DNA from: Octopus bimaculoides
Lineage: Eukaryota
Assembly: GCF_001194135.2 (NCBI RefSeq)
Contig: NC_068981.1
Span: 38,217,679 to 38,281,678, forward strand
DNA: 64,000 nt
Reading direction: 5' to 3'
Position numbers and translations under genes: made by a program. Of this stretch, positions 25,915-38,599 are shown piece by piece (within the stretch, counting starts at the first letter, position 1; every line of letters starts with the position of its first letter). The notes under the pieces are model-generated. The model made no database searches and was not told where the DNA came from. It saw nothing but the letters and a program-made list of their open reading frames with translations.

Positions 25915-26115
25915 GTGGCAAGCTGGCAGAATCATTAGCATGCTGGGCCAAATGCTCAGTGGCATTTCTTTTGTTGAGTTCAAATTCTGCTGGGATCGAC
26001 TTTGATTCTCATCATTTTGGGGTCAATAAAATAAGTACCAGTTTAACACTGGAGTCGATTTAATCGATTAATCCCCACGCACAAACCTTCAGGCCTTGTG
26101 CCAAATTATGAAACC
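25915..26115 (+). mobile_element. SINE family A
   Basis: Same pattern as 21790 and 46868. Confidence 0.85.
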
Positions 26116-26971
26116 AGTGTTGATGTATTTTAATTGAACATTATTTTAGATTCATTGCATTAAGTATCTTACCAGCACTTCACTGTACTACTGTCTTCAA
26201 ACAGGTAGAAGTTACGTTTATAATTCATTTGTTATAACAATTAACATTTTGAACAGAAGCAAATCTTTCAACAAAATGGAAATTTCAAGCAAATTAATAA
26301 AATATAAATTGAAGAGAATTAAGATAACATTAATGAATTGTAAAATATATTGCATAAACATATTCCTCTCTAATATTGAAAATTTGATTCAGTAAGTAAT
26401 ATATTATGAAAGGATATAAAATAACTTTCAACGTAACAGTGTTTATGACGTGGAATTATAATCCTAATAGAATTCAAGTTGTTTTTCCAAAATTGTGTAT
26501 AAGTATGCTTGGAAGTGTGGAGAATTATTGTATGTCTTAGAATTAGAAGTTTGAGAGACGATTCTTATGGTGTTATCAGATCCAATCAGAAAGAGGGATC
26601 TGTCGGGAAGGGGAGAAACAGAATCTAGTAAATAGATAAATGAATAAATAAAAACACCTACTACCAACACACCTTCTTACCATAAACAAATTAATAACAT
26701 TCCACCTACAATTGCAAGAAATTTGAACACCTCACCACAGAATTCATACATACATTGAATGAAAAAGCCAATGAACATACACAAGCACCAGACCACTTAT
26801 ATACACCTACAGATATATATATATATATATATATGCACACACATACACACCACTAATACTAAGTCACAATAATTTTGCTCAAAGAGAACAGTGATGTGAA
26901 ACTCAAGCCATGAGACAAACTCTCAACTTTAGCTTCGCCCAAAAAAAATTACACACACACATATATTGTCA

Positions 26972-27230
26972 AAAGTCATATGGCTTACTGGTTAAGGTAT
27001 TCAGCCAGGATTGCAACATCATGGTTTCAATTCCCAGCCCAAGCATTGCATTGTGTTGTTGAGCAAAACACTTCATCTGACGTTGTTCTGTGATCATTTC
27101 ATTATCTGACATGTGGCACGTCGTGCACCTGTATAGGTAATGTTGATTTGATGGAGGTGTGAGCTTGAGTGAAGACAAACATCTGATCCCTATAAAAAAA
27201 TCAATTGTGTGGTTGTTCAGCAAAAAATTG
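26972..27230 (+). mobile_element. tRNA/CORE-like SINE
   Basis: tggcttactggttaagg (A-box), gtttcaattccc (B-box), ttgtgttgttgagcaaaacacttcat (CORE-like). Related copies lie at ~18190-18390 (-) and 34530-34700 (-). Confidence 0.65.
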
Positions 27231-27301
27231 CAGAGCCCTCACATACTGCCTAACAACAGGAGAATCCAGGATATGTGTGTGTGTATGTGTGTGTGTGTAT
27301 G

Positions 27302-27333
<32 letters not shown>

Positions 27334-28399
27334 TGTTTGTATAGTCTAACATAATACCAAGAATTGTGATAGCATTTCAGTTTAAAAACTGACAATCTGA
27401 CAATTTCCTCTTAATGTATTTTGAGAAAATCCATGTCCCACATTCAAACAACACATCTACAGTTATCAGAGAAAGCACTCCCTTTTGTTAATCATTTGTT
27501 GCACTGCTCATTCAAACCATTTTCATTTTACTAATTATGCTGTGGATTGCAATTTACCTTTTCTTTCTGAGTTACACAATTTTTGTTGATTAGGGACCCA
27601 ATTAAATTAGTGTAACCAATGATTTCAGTTGTATGTCATTAAACAGAACTTCTTCCTTGTCAGTGTCATTTCTTAGTCCCTTGTCATGATAATTTGACAC
27701 TTTTCACTGTCGACCAACTATAAAATATAATGCCCCATCCCCGTAAATCAGTGTCATCTGTACATCTTAAATATGTGTTCATTCTTCCAATGACTTTTGG
27801 CTGGGCAGAAACAGCAGGTGGTGTACCATTCATTTAATTAGTCACCCTAGCAAAATGATAAGTAGTGTGTTAGATAATCATATAAAACTGCATAAAAAAG
27901 GATAATAGTTGATGAGCAAGTAGGCTTCCAAGATTGCATTTCTGTACAAGACAGCTAAAGTGAAAATCACTGGTGAGAAATTTAGAGACCATGAAATGCA
28001 ATTATATCACACACATGATGCTTTTTAAAAAATAATGTTTGATTCAGTATGGAGAGAAGCACATGAAGAAGTACAACATCCCCATGCACTGAATCAGAAT
28101 ATTATGAAAACTACATGAAAAAAGTATTAGTGTTCTAAACAATAACGAAATTATACAATGGAATGGAACAAGCATCAGAGTTAGAAATGGCTATTCATTA
28201 TCACCAGGACATTTCTGTCTAATTCTTGAACAAATTATGACATATGTACACACACCTGGGATGATGGGAATGTAGTATTATTACTTGGTGTTTATCTATT
28301 ATATTATACTATAAACAGAAACCAAGCAGTGGACAGAGTTGAGAGACCTGATGATTGCAGGTTTTCCTACCAGCATGTGGGCTTAGAACTAATGCCTAT

Positions 28400-29780
28400 T
28401 CTAATTTGGTTCATATGATCTGCTATCTTTAAAGATGAACCAAATGTATTATCATTATCAGTGTCTGGCTGGGAGAGGGTGTCACCACTGTTCTATATGG
28501 ACAGGTTGCTAATAGTAGGGGCAGTGGTACCATGGTTGGTATTATTAAATCAGGTAAGGTTCTCAAGGGTTGTATTATTACTATCATGTGGGTTGGGATT
28601 GGGTCCAGGAGCATAGATGGCAGGGACTACCGTGAGGTGGAATAGCTTGCAGTAATTATGGATCCTAAATTTGGTGTTGTGGAATAGGAGATTTTAATTG
28701 AAGATTTATTAAAGATAGGTTAATATTTATGTTGTGGTGAGTAATTGGAGTTCAGAATTTTGAAGTAAGCTTGGGTAAGGATCTAATCTGAAGAGAGAAT
28801 AGTAGCACGAACCATGAGGTCTCTTACTTTGAAGGCTAAGAGTATGGAGCTATGATGAGTAGGTCTACATGGGGAGATCTGAGGTAATCAAACTTTTGAG
28901 ATGACCAGAGAAATGGGCAAGTACTGGGCACTGGGGGATCTAGTCACAGGTTAATGGAATGTAAATGGACAGAAGTAAGCTCGTTGGGGCCAGGATCGGT
29001 ACCGGGGATAGAGAAGTGCAAGTTTTGTCTTTAGTTTAGTATTGGGGATATAAAAGATCTCATAGAAACCACTGATCTGGAGAACCTGATTACAGAACTG
29101 GGCAGAACTATTAAAGATATCCTCATTTGCTGTTAAGTTAGAAATCTTAACAGAAACACCAGTGATGGTACTATTAAGGATATGTTCAGGGTGATTGAAC
29201 AGGATATTGATATATTGTAGTGATTCATTCAGTTATGGTTTGTATCTAAGTCGAGAGTGATTCTAAGAAGTTAGCCACTTTCGTGTTATTTTCAAAGGAG
29301 ATAGAATAATTATAGTTTTTAAAGAATGTATGGAGGGCCTTCTGGGTGCATTCAATGGATGGTAGAGGTATACCTGTGGCTGTATATACCTCTGAATAAG
29401 TTGGGGAAGTGTCAGTTAATCTGAGAAAGAAGGAAGAGGCCGACCAAGTCGGTAACCTGAGCAGAATCGGAAGAGCCCATAGTTATGTAAAATAAATCCA
29501 CAGACGAATTACGGGGCCCGTAATTACTATTAAAATATAAAACATGATTTCCTAGCCGCTGGGATGATGCCAATGTTGGAGCAGGAGACGGGTGCATATT
29601 TTCTCGCAAAGATTATGGTTTTATTGGTTTTATTTGATAGAATTAGTGATGTAGAAGTGTAGTTGGAAATATCGAATTCAAAGAAGTGAGTGTGCAAGTT
29701 ATTAGAAAGTGGGTAGAACCAAGTGATGACATTGCCAGTACAATTCCAAAGTGGAAACTTAACATTGCTTCTAAACTCTA
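28400..29780 (-). mobile_element. Penelope-like element, decayed reverse transcriptase + linker
   Basis: Minus-strand peptides WNCTGNVITWF..FFEFDISNY, IIPAARKS, ITMGSSDSAQVTDLVGLFLLSQI, KVANFL, INILFNHPEHIL..ISNLTANEDIFNSS and IFNKSSIKISYSTTPNLGSII follow the PLE RT motif order. Confidence 0.88.
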
Positions 29781-29981
29781 CATGCACAAAAATGCATACA
29801 TACATACAAGTATGTGTGTATATATATATATATATNNNNNNNNNNNNNNNNNNNNNNNNNNNNNNNNNNNNNNNNNNNNNNNNNNNNNNNNNNNNNNNNN
29901 NNNNNNNNNNNNNNNNNNNNNNNNNNNNNNNNNNNNNNNNNNNNNNNNNNNNNNNNNNNNNNNNNNNNNNNNNNNNNNNNN

Positions 29982-30012
<31 letters not shown>

Positions 30013-31266
30013 CATATAGTCATGAAGATAGGCATGTTTTCTGATTATGTGGGTGGAAAAAACTTGAAATCCTTATGGCTTTGTTAAATAAGCAAAGTGA
30101 AACAGTGGCTAGTTTAAATGGATTTTTAAAATCTACTCCAATGAAAATAACTCCAATAACCGTTATGAGAATAAATGTTATTATTATGATTTCAATTACT
30201 GTTGTACTATATAATTAACATAATTTAATCAGTGTAGTTTGGCTTGAAAAACTGTTTCTGAATCGAGGTGTTGTTTTCTTCGATTATATTTTAGGTATTT
30301 GTTTATATACAAGGCTGTAAATGTGTGTTATAATTTGAATGTCTCATTGTAACTACATCGTCTGTTGTATTTTGTGTGCATCCATTGGTTAACTTGTTCA
30401 TATGTGTCATTATGGATGTGTATACAAATGTTGATATACAGTAATGCATAAGTAGATATGTGTCTGTTTATGTATGTCTAACTGTTGGTGTATATGCAAT
30501 TATAAGCTGTAAACGAGTTGGTCACTATGTGTCTATTAAAACTTGACAATAATTTCTGCTCTGTCGCCTTCTTGTCTGCTTTAACTTCTTCAACAGGGTT
30601 ATAAGTTTGATAATCTAGAATTTATCATTAACGTTGATATGTTTAGACTGGATGTATTTTGTCATGTCACCTCAATCTATTTTATTACATCTCCACTTCC
30701 TTGTTATTGCTTATGTCTTTATTTTATTTTTTCCTAATTCAACCATTGATATATTTTTATAGAGAATATTTGATCTTATATTTTATCCCATTATAGCCCT
30801 TACTTTATCATTTTTATTCAACATGATTTGTCGTTATGTAAGGGCAGTACTGAAGATGTGTTGTTATATATTTCGATTAAATTTTGCTGATGAAATGAGT
30901 TTATGCTTGTGTAATAAAAGTTTTGAAATGACCGTACAAATATACACCTTTGTAGTGAGACCAATTTCTATTATGGCATATTGGAGTCGACTAGCCTTTC
31001 ATAGGCTCCACACGTTAATCTGTAATGATTGGTTATCTTACCTATCATTTGAGTTTGGAACATTGGTTGAGTCATGTACTTTGATTGGTCAAGTAATGCA
31101 CGGGATTGGATCAAGGATCCAATCACGTTGTGTATAATACATTCTAAAACAACTAACCTGAATCTATTCTGGAGTCTACCTCTGCCTATATATTGAGATA
31201 ATACAACATCTATGACAGAGAGGTGAAAGATTTTCAGGAAGGCGAGTCATGTTATTTTCCTGCTGT

Positions 31267-34200
31267 TGTAAGGAAGCACATGTAACCAGCGATGGCTGGA
31301 GCTGTATTATCGAAACGATGGATGAACCATGCAGCCATCAGAATCTGTGATGTGTTTATTTTGTTCACTGTATTATTTAGCAGAGGAATAAAGTCTTGCT
31401 GTTATGTTAAAATTTGTTTCTTGTATTATTTCCCTGAATGAATATGCAACATATGTTATGTATGTAAGATTCCATAGTAAACTAAGGGAGACTACCTACA
31501 CAACTAAAACTGGTAACCCCCGGGGTCAGTACCTTTTCCAGTACACTGCTAAAACTGGTGGAACCTAACGAACAAATGAACGAATGACCACTGAACCAGT
31601 ATATAAACCGATGACTTGGCCTGAAAGCCATCTTACATAACGTTACAATGTTATATCCTGATGCCATCACAATGCAGGCAGCTTTGTCCTTTGTTTCCCC
31701 ACCATTCACATGAGACACTGCCATTTGGTTTCTCAACTAAAAACTAATTTTGCGGCTAATAACATTACTTCCGGCACTAGAAAATTTCACTTAGTATATT
31801 ACCACCTGCCTCATGCGCTGAGGTTAAAAACCTCATTTGGACAAGCCACTATATCTACATATGAAGACAGAAATTGTGAGGCACATCTCTACATCGAAAC
31901 AAAAACGATATCATCAGCTCCTTCATAAAGGCATTTTAGGAAATAAAAGCCCATCACAATTACTCTGACGTATGCGTAATCTAGCAGGGAGTAATCATTT
32001 GGATGAAGACATGTTATGGCAACTTTTCTTTTCTTGCATTGCCACTGGCGTGCAAGCAATTTTAACTGTTATAAGGGAACACAGCTCCATTCAACAGCTA
32101 GCAGTGCAGAAAAGTTATCCTTTCATCTCTTCGTTATCTTCTGAGTTAATTATTTATCTTACCGATCAAATTAACCATGTACAGTTCAGTCAACGTGCAA
32201 GACCGTGCAGACGTTCAGTTTCTAGACAACAGAATAATAGTATTTGCACGGAGCGGACATCTTTCTGTTGGTATTACAACCATTTTGGAATTCATGCATA
32301 TAAGTTTATTTCCCCGCGTGCCTTTACTCCAGTTATGCAACGCAAGAAAACTCCCCTACCAGAGATTAAATGCGACTATGTTTCTGGAAAGACCATCAAC
32401 TTGACGCATGTTCTTTATCCACAATGCCAATTTCCAGCAACATTTGTTGGTAGACAAAGGAACAGTATGTAGTATTTGGTCGTGAATTTATTAACCGATT
32501 CGCTGAGATGAAAGGCAATTATCTTACAAGCAGTAAATCATTCTCCAATAAATACTTTTGACGAAAAATAACTTGCTTTGGATATAAATCTCTGATGACA
32601 ATTTCGATGGGCTTTTATAGTTGGAAACTTATCGTATCCGATTCTTGGCGCAGATTTCTTTAATCATTTTAATCTTTTGGTAGATTTAAGAAATAAGCGA
32701 TTAATTGACTCAAGAAATCATCTCTCTGCACAAGATACGTTTTCCAGCCCTTCTGCTGTCAGTCCACTTTTTTGAATTCCATCCAATTATTTCGACGAAC
32801 TTTCATTACAATTTCCGGATATGTCTCAGACAGTTTTTCCATAACAAAACTCCAGGGCATACAGTGACACCATATTAATACAAATGGACCGCCTGTTGCA
32901 TCTCATTCAAGGCGCATTGCCACGAATAAACTTAAAGTAGCCAAGGATGGTTTGTTGAAATTTATTCGAAAGCCTTTTGGACTACATAACGCTGCTAATA
33001 CATTTCAGAGATTTATTGATAAAGTCACACGTATTCTTGGTTTTGTTTTCACTTACAATGATGTCTTATTGATAGCCAGTTCCAAGAAGAAGAGCATGTA
33101 CTTCATTTAGAACAGCTTTTTACTCACCTGTCACAATTCGGAGTGATAATAAATGCAAATAAATGTTTTTGGTGTGTTTTCCATCCCTTTTCTGGAACAT
33201 GCAATTGATAGAGATGGAATATGTCCATTACACGATAAGAATGATGCCATTTGCAATATTCCTGTACCTTCTTCTCTAACGGAGTTACGAGAATTTCTTG
33301 ATTTAATTAACTTCTATAGATTTATTCCATTTTGTACTATTTTTCCCCTCATGGAACTTTTATGTAATAGAAAGAAAAAATGAACTTGTATCATTAAATT
33401 CTACTCAACTACAAGCTTTTTGAGATATTAAGGACAAGTTATCAAAAGTTACACTTTTGGATCACCCCGTCCTTATCAGATGCAACCTCATCATTAATGG
33501 TTGAAGTATCAGATGTAGAAATTGGCAGAGTTTTGCAACAGTTTGTTCTTGATGCGTGGCAATAATTTTCTATGTTTTGTAAATGCTTCAAACTAGCAGA
33601 ATCAAGGTATAGTACCTTCAGTAGAAAACTTTTGACTGTTTTTTTTAGCCATGAAACATTTCTGGCATTTTCCGAGGAAGGACAGTTTACGGTTTTCATC
33701 GATCATAAACCGCTGACTTTTACTCTATATCTGGAAACAGATAAGTATTCTCCCGGAGATTTACAAAATTTGATTTCATTTCACAATACACTGTTGATAG
33801 TCAGTATATCCAGGGTCCAGATTGTTCTGCAGCGGATACCTTACCTTGCGTACATACTAATGCTTTACATATTCCAGATTCCATTGGCTTGTGGCAAATT
33901 GCATTGGATCAACAAGATGACGAATTTTTGCTTCTTCAATCGTTGGACTCATCTTCTTGGACTCTTGGACTCCGTGTGGCCCTGTATGCAAAACAACATT
34001 CATAATTGGGTGCGCAACTGTATACCGTGTCAGAAATCTAAAGTGCAACGCCATATCAAGGCATCTTTAAGCACTTTTGCTGTTCCAGGCACGCGTTTTA
34101 CACAAATTCACATAGATATTGTGTCTCTCTAGCCACCAGTTCAAGATAGTATATATTTGATGACCTGTGTAGTTCGTTTTTCTAGATGGCCTGAAGCCAT

Positions 34201-34500
34201 ACCCATCAGGGATTGTTCATCTCTCACGATTGCAAAGGCTTTTGTGACTGGGTGGATTTCGCGTTTTCGAACTTCCGTCACCATGACTTCTGATAGAGAG
34301 CGACAGTTTGAATCAAATATCTTTGCTGAACTTTCACACTTACTGGGTACTCGACGGATCTGTACCAATGCATAGCACACCATGTCTAACAGGAAGATAG
34401 AATGTTTTCATCGTCAACTGAAAGCAGCTCAATGCGTTTATCCGTAGTCAGATGTTTGGTGAGTAGTCTTACCAACTGATTTGTTTATAGTAATGTGCTA
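31267..34500 (+). mobile_element. Gypsy LTR retrotransposon (CsRn1-like), decayed, with probable 5' LTR and no visible 3' LTR
   Basis: PBS-like tggtaacccccg at 31511; gag (FAANNITSGTRKFH; CWYYNHFG knuckle); protease (PILGADF..LLVDLRNKRLID); RT (PFGLHNAANTFQRFID); RNase H (AESRYSTFSRKLL..FIDHKPL); integrase (IHIDIV..RFSRWPEAIPI..SDRERQFES..FHRQLKAA). Confidence 0.93.
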
Positions 34501-34774
34501 TACATTAGATCATTCCTTCCATCAAATCAACGTTGCCTGAATAGGTGCACGGTGTATCACACGTCAAGTGTCGAAGTGATTGCAGAACAACGTGAGATGA
34601 AGCTTTTTGCTCAAGAACACAACACACCACTCAGTCTAAGAATTGAAACCACGATATCGCGATCATGAGCAACACACTAACCACTAGGCCATGCGTCCTC
34701 TTCACACACACACACACATACATATCATCAATGTATTTATATATATTTAGAGAACGTTTGTTACGGCTAGTCCA

Positions 34775-34836
34775 TAGATTTACCCAAGGTTTCGCATCCA
34801 TAAAGCGCTTAGCTTTACATGTCTCATCAGACCCTA
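34775..34836 (-). ncRNA. Minimal type-I hammerhead ribozyme motif, catalytic core intact
   Basis: Minus strand: TAGGGT-CTGATGA-G[TAAAGC/GCTTTA hairpin]C-GAAA-CCTTGG-GTA|AATCTA. Stem I has one mismatch and one G.U pair. Confidence 0.75.
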
Positions 34837-36097
34837 ATGGCTGGCGGCCTATAACCTCTCTTCAAACTGGAAGGAGAAAAGGCCTCGTGACTAGTTTTTG
34901 AATACACCGACAAAGAAAGGTCAAGCGTATGAGATTGTCTACTTTAGACCACTATCCGGAATCCACCCAATCAACTTGCGGGTCACAGGATTTCAGCAGG
35001 AATTGCCTGAAGTGTAAACAAGGTCCAAAGATTTCCATTCTGGAATTTAAGATGTTACCTGGGTCCAGAGAGTTCTTTAATATCCTCGACCATTCTGCTA
35101 TGCATACCTTGCTACGTTTGTACCTGTTGATGTAGGGACCCGGCTTTTCTAAAATTTTCCATGTGAATACATGTGGAATTCCTTCATCCATCAAGTACCA
35201 CTCGTGGCAGGCCAAGGTCGTGACATAATGTTTTTCCGAGATCCTAAACAAGGATTTGTGGCTTGATCGACATTACTTAAAGGTGTTTCCAGAACAATCG
35301 ATGTATTTCTGAATGATACTATTGGTGTTGCCGTTTCTGTTGCTGTTGGTGCTGGTGTTAGCGTCATTAATGCTGAGTTAGGGAACATCATCAGTGGTGG
35401 AGGCGTTGTTGGCATTGTTGCTGTCCTCGTTGATGTCTCCGTTGGTGTCTCCGTTGGTGCTGCTATAACTATCGTTTTTGTTGCAGCTGTTGTCGGCGCT
35501 ACAGTGATTGTTGTTATTATTAGTGTTATCATTAGCGATGGCGTTGCTGCTACTTAGCTGTAGTTGCTGGGGTTGCTATAATTGATAATAGCAATGGTGT
35601 TGCTGTTAGCTAGTGGGTTTAAGGACTGCATCTCCTACATGATGGGCCCTAACACCGCCGAAATATCGTTTGGTTTGATCTCCTTTCTCCATCTACGTAA
35701 AAACGTGTGTAGGTAGGGTATTCCTTAGGTTAGGGGATAAGCACTTTATAGTAAGGAGCCACAGCAGCAAAAATCTCTTGGCTAGTGGACAGATTTGAGA
35801 TTCTCTTGCTGACACCCTTCACCAGGTTTCTGAACATAATGGGCGGGTGGCAGAAGACTGTGTTGATATATGTCAGCCTCTCATTTGACTTGCGATAGTG
35901 TCTGTATGTACTGGAGTCCAAGTTTAGCATGACATCTGAGAAGTCTGCAGTAGTGTGGTTGGTCTAAATTCCTGGACAAAAGTTTTTAGACCTTGTTTAC
36001 ATTTCAGGCATTCCTACTTAAATCCTGTGTGTTCGAAAAAAAGACATGAGACTTTTTCTCCCTCTAGTTTGAAGAGAAGTTATAGGCCACTGGCCAT

Positions 36098-36161
36098 TAG
36101 GGTCTGGCGGGACACATGCAAAGCTAAGCATCTTATGGATGTGAAACACTGGGTAACCCTA
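36098..36161 (+). ncRNA. Hammerhead ribozyme motif, core mutated (CTGGCGG), stem I intact
   Basis: TAGGGT-ctggcgg-...-GAAA-CACTGG-GTA|ACCCTA, homologous to 34775-34836. Confidence 0.65.
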
Positions 36162-37009
36162 TAAACCAGCCATAACTAACATTCTCTAAATACTCTGCTG
36201 CTCATTAACTTAGAGTGTGCTTCTCTTTCATATTTATAATTTACTGTGATATATACATATATATNNNNNNNNNNNNNNNNNNNNNNNNNNNNNNNNNNNN
36301 NNNNNNNNNNAGTTACTCAAAGCAGCAGTGAATAAGATATATTCCTGGAAGGTCATATTTAACATGCATATTATTTGAAAATAACATTTTATCAATTGAA
36401 ATTATAATGACATTGACAAGTTACAAGTGTTCTTGATGATTACACTAAAAAAGAGCAAAGGAAATAACTCTTAAGATGTCACTTGCTTAAAACTTAAATG
36501 GAGACATGCAGTGAGTCTGATGTTTGGAATTTATGGTGACAACTCTAGGTATTTTTCAACTTTTTTCCATCTTTAGAAGAAAATATAATCTTCTCAAAGC
36601 AAGAAGATCAGACCATTGCTAGTAGATATAGTTTTATTTTATGTGTGCAAAAATATCACATTTCAGGCCAATTAGAATTATAACATTGAAAAATCTCCCA
36701 AATGCGTTTTCCGCATGAAGAATATTCAATTAAATGCAGGTTAGCATACTTAAGATAATGAGACAAATATTATTTTTGATTGCCTGAAATAGTAACTTAA
36801 TAATATAACAATGATAAAATTAAAAAATTATCATAATTTCTGAGTAGAACCCAAAAACCTAATGATACTTGGTGTTGATAATTAATAACGCAGAGGTTAA
36901 AATATGAACCAGCTGAATGAACTCGCTTGCTTGAACTTTTTCAAATATTATCATTACTTTTTCTGGTCATTTTGTAAATTATCTTTTTATATCTCAATAA
37001 TTCAAATCA

Positions 37010-37245
37010 TCATTATCATTTAACATCTGCTTTCCATGCTGGCATGGGCTAGACAGCTTCACAGGAACTGGTAAACCAGAGAACTGCACTAAGTTCCAGT
37101 CTGATTTAGGCTTGGTTTCTACAGCTGAATGCCCTTCTTAATGCCAACCACTCTGAGGGTGTAGCGGGTGCTTTTAAATGTCACTAGCATGGGTGCTTTT
37201 ACGTGTCACCGACATGCAAGCTGTTATGTGTCACTGGTACCAGCT
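37010..37245 (-). mobile_element. RTE-type LINE 3' end, decayed
   Basis: catcatt-taacatctgctttccatgctggcatggg...tttctacagctgaatgcccttc. Confidence 0.8.
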
Positions 37246-38599
37246 CCAAATATCTCTGATATTCCTGTTTCTACATAATTAATGTAGAATAGTTACGTTT
37301 CCTTATGATTTTCATGAAATGAATAATTTTTGGTAAAATAACCTTGAAAAATAGTTTTATTTAATGCTATTTAAAATTTGTATCAATGGAAACATTTGAG
37401 GTAAATTTTGAATAAAAAATTGTTCATATTGAATTTTAGCTTAACAGAAGTATAATTCTGTCTAACTTATAGTTACATTTTTTCTATTACTTGATCACAA
37501 AAGAAACTATATATATTTTCCCTTTGGTCAAATGAAATTTTTATGAAGATAAGTTTCATAATCTACTTCATTTTTGCATGCTTTAATTCTACCCATTTCT
37601 TCTATCAATAAATTATGTTCCTTTGGAATATCAAAGCAAAACTATCAATACAATCTACTCTTAATATTTTGTTATTCCCACCTGTCAAAGCTTTGATACA
37701 ATAAGATAGAAATCCTTTGCAGAGACTATGTTTTTTTGTCTTTTTTTCAACAGAGAAACTAGAGGCAACCAATTTTTTTTCATTAGTTATTCTAAATTCT
37801 GATAAAAATATTATAAAAGTATAAAAACATGAAAACAAATAAAAAGTAGTAAAGATTAAAGATTAACAAAAAATTATCAAAATAAAATATCTTCAGCTTT
37901 CTCTTTTCATCTTTTATATATAAAAAATAATGGATATAAGTGAAAAAGCTATTCAAAAACCTGTTTCAATGGCTGTCAGAAAACGTCTTTCTGATAGTGA
38001 AAATGAAATCAAAATGTCTTCAAGACATACATCCTACATATAATCTATACTTCCGAAGGCACATTTCTTCATTTACAGATTTCTTAGCTAAGAATTCAAA
38101 GATATTACAATATACTCAAAGTATAAAGAAAATAATATTACAAATAATTTTTCTTTTTTGCTGTCAAATTAATCAACTTTTGTCTTTTTTTTTTCAAGTC
38201 TTTTTTTTTTTTTGTACATCGTTTTCAAATAATTGTCATTGAGTAAAATTAACATACAAGTTTATTTCAGTTTTAGTATTGCTATTGTCATCACAATTGT
38301 AATTTTTTAAAAGATAAACATGGATTAATTTAGTCGACAATTCTTCTTTTCAATTATCTCAAACATCAGTTAATACCTTCTGTAGAGCAAAAATGTTACA
38401 AATGGCCGACTGGCTGGCAGTTCTAAAGAAACTTAAATCAATTTGTTGCTTCCCCAACTCAGTTCTTCCTGTACAGTTTGACTAATTGAGATTGTTCAAC
38501 TTCCATCATTACAAACCTACTTACACAAAATTTTAATTACCCAAATAATAATAAATGTTAATTTTAAATGAATAGAGAATCAACTGTTTGATTTTTGCT

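Larger units (their letters stand above)
34760..36180 (-). mobile_element. Penelope-like element: RT C-terminus, N/T-rich linker, GIY-YIG C-half, flanked by inverted pseudo-LTRs
   Basis: 35930-35730 encodes LNLDSSTYRHYRKSNERLTYIN..HPP..VSKRISNLSTSQEIF. 35300-34985 encodes KYIDCSGNTFK..HYVTTLACHEWYL..WKILEK..LNSRMEIFGPCLHFRQFLL. The 3' end (34760-35030, -) recurs inverted at ~35985-36180 (+). Confidence 0.9.

Noticed and set aside
28348-28385. CTGATGA followed by a small hairpin (possible hammerhead)
   Set aside because: There is no downstream GAAA and no stem I pairing, so it is too decayed to support.
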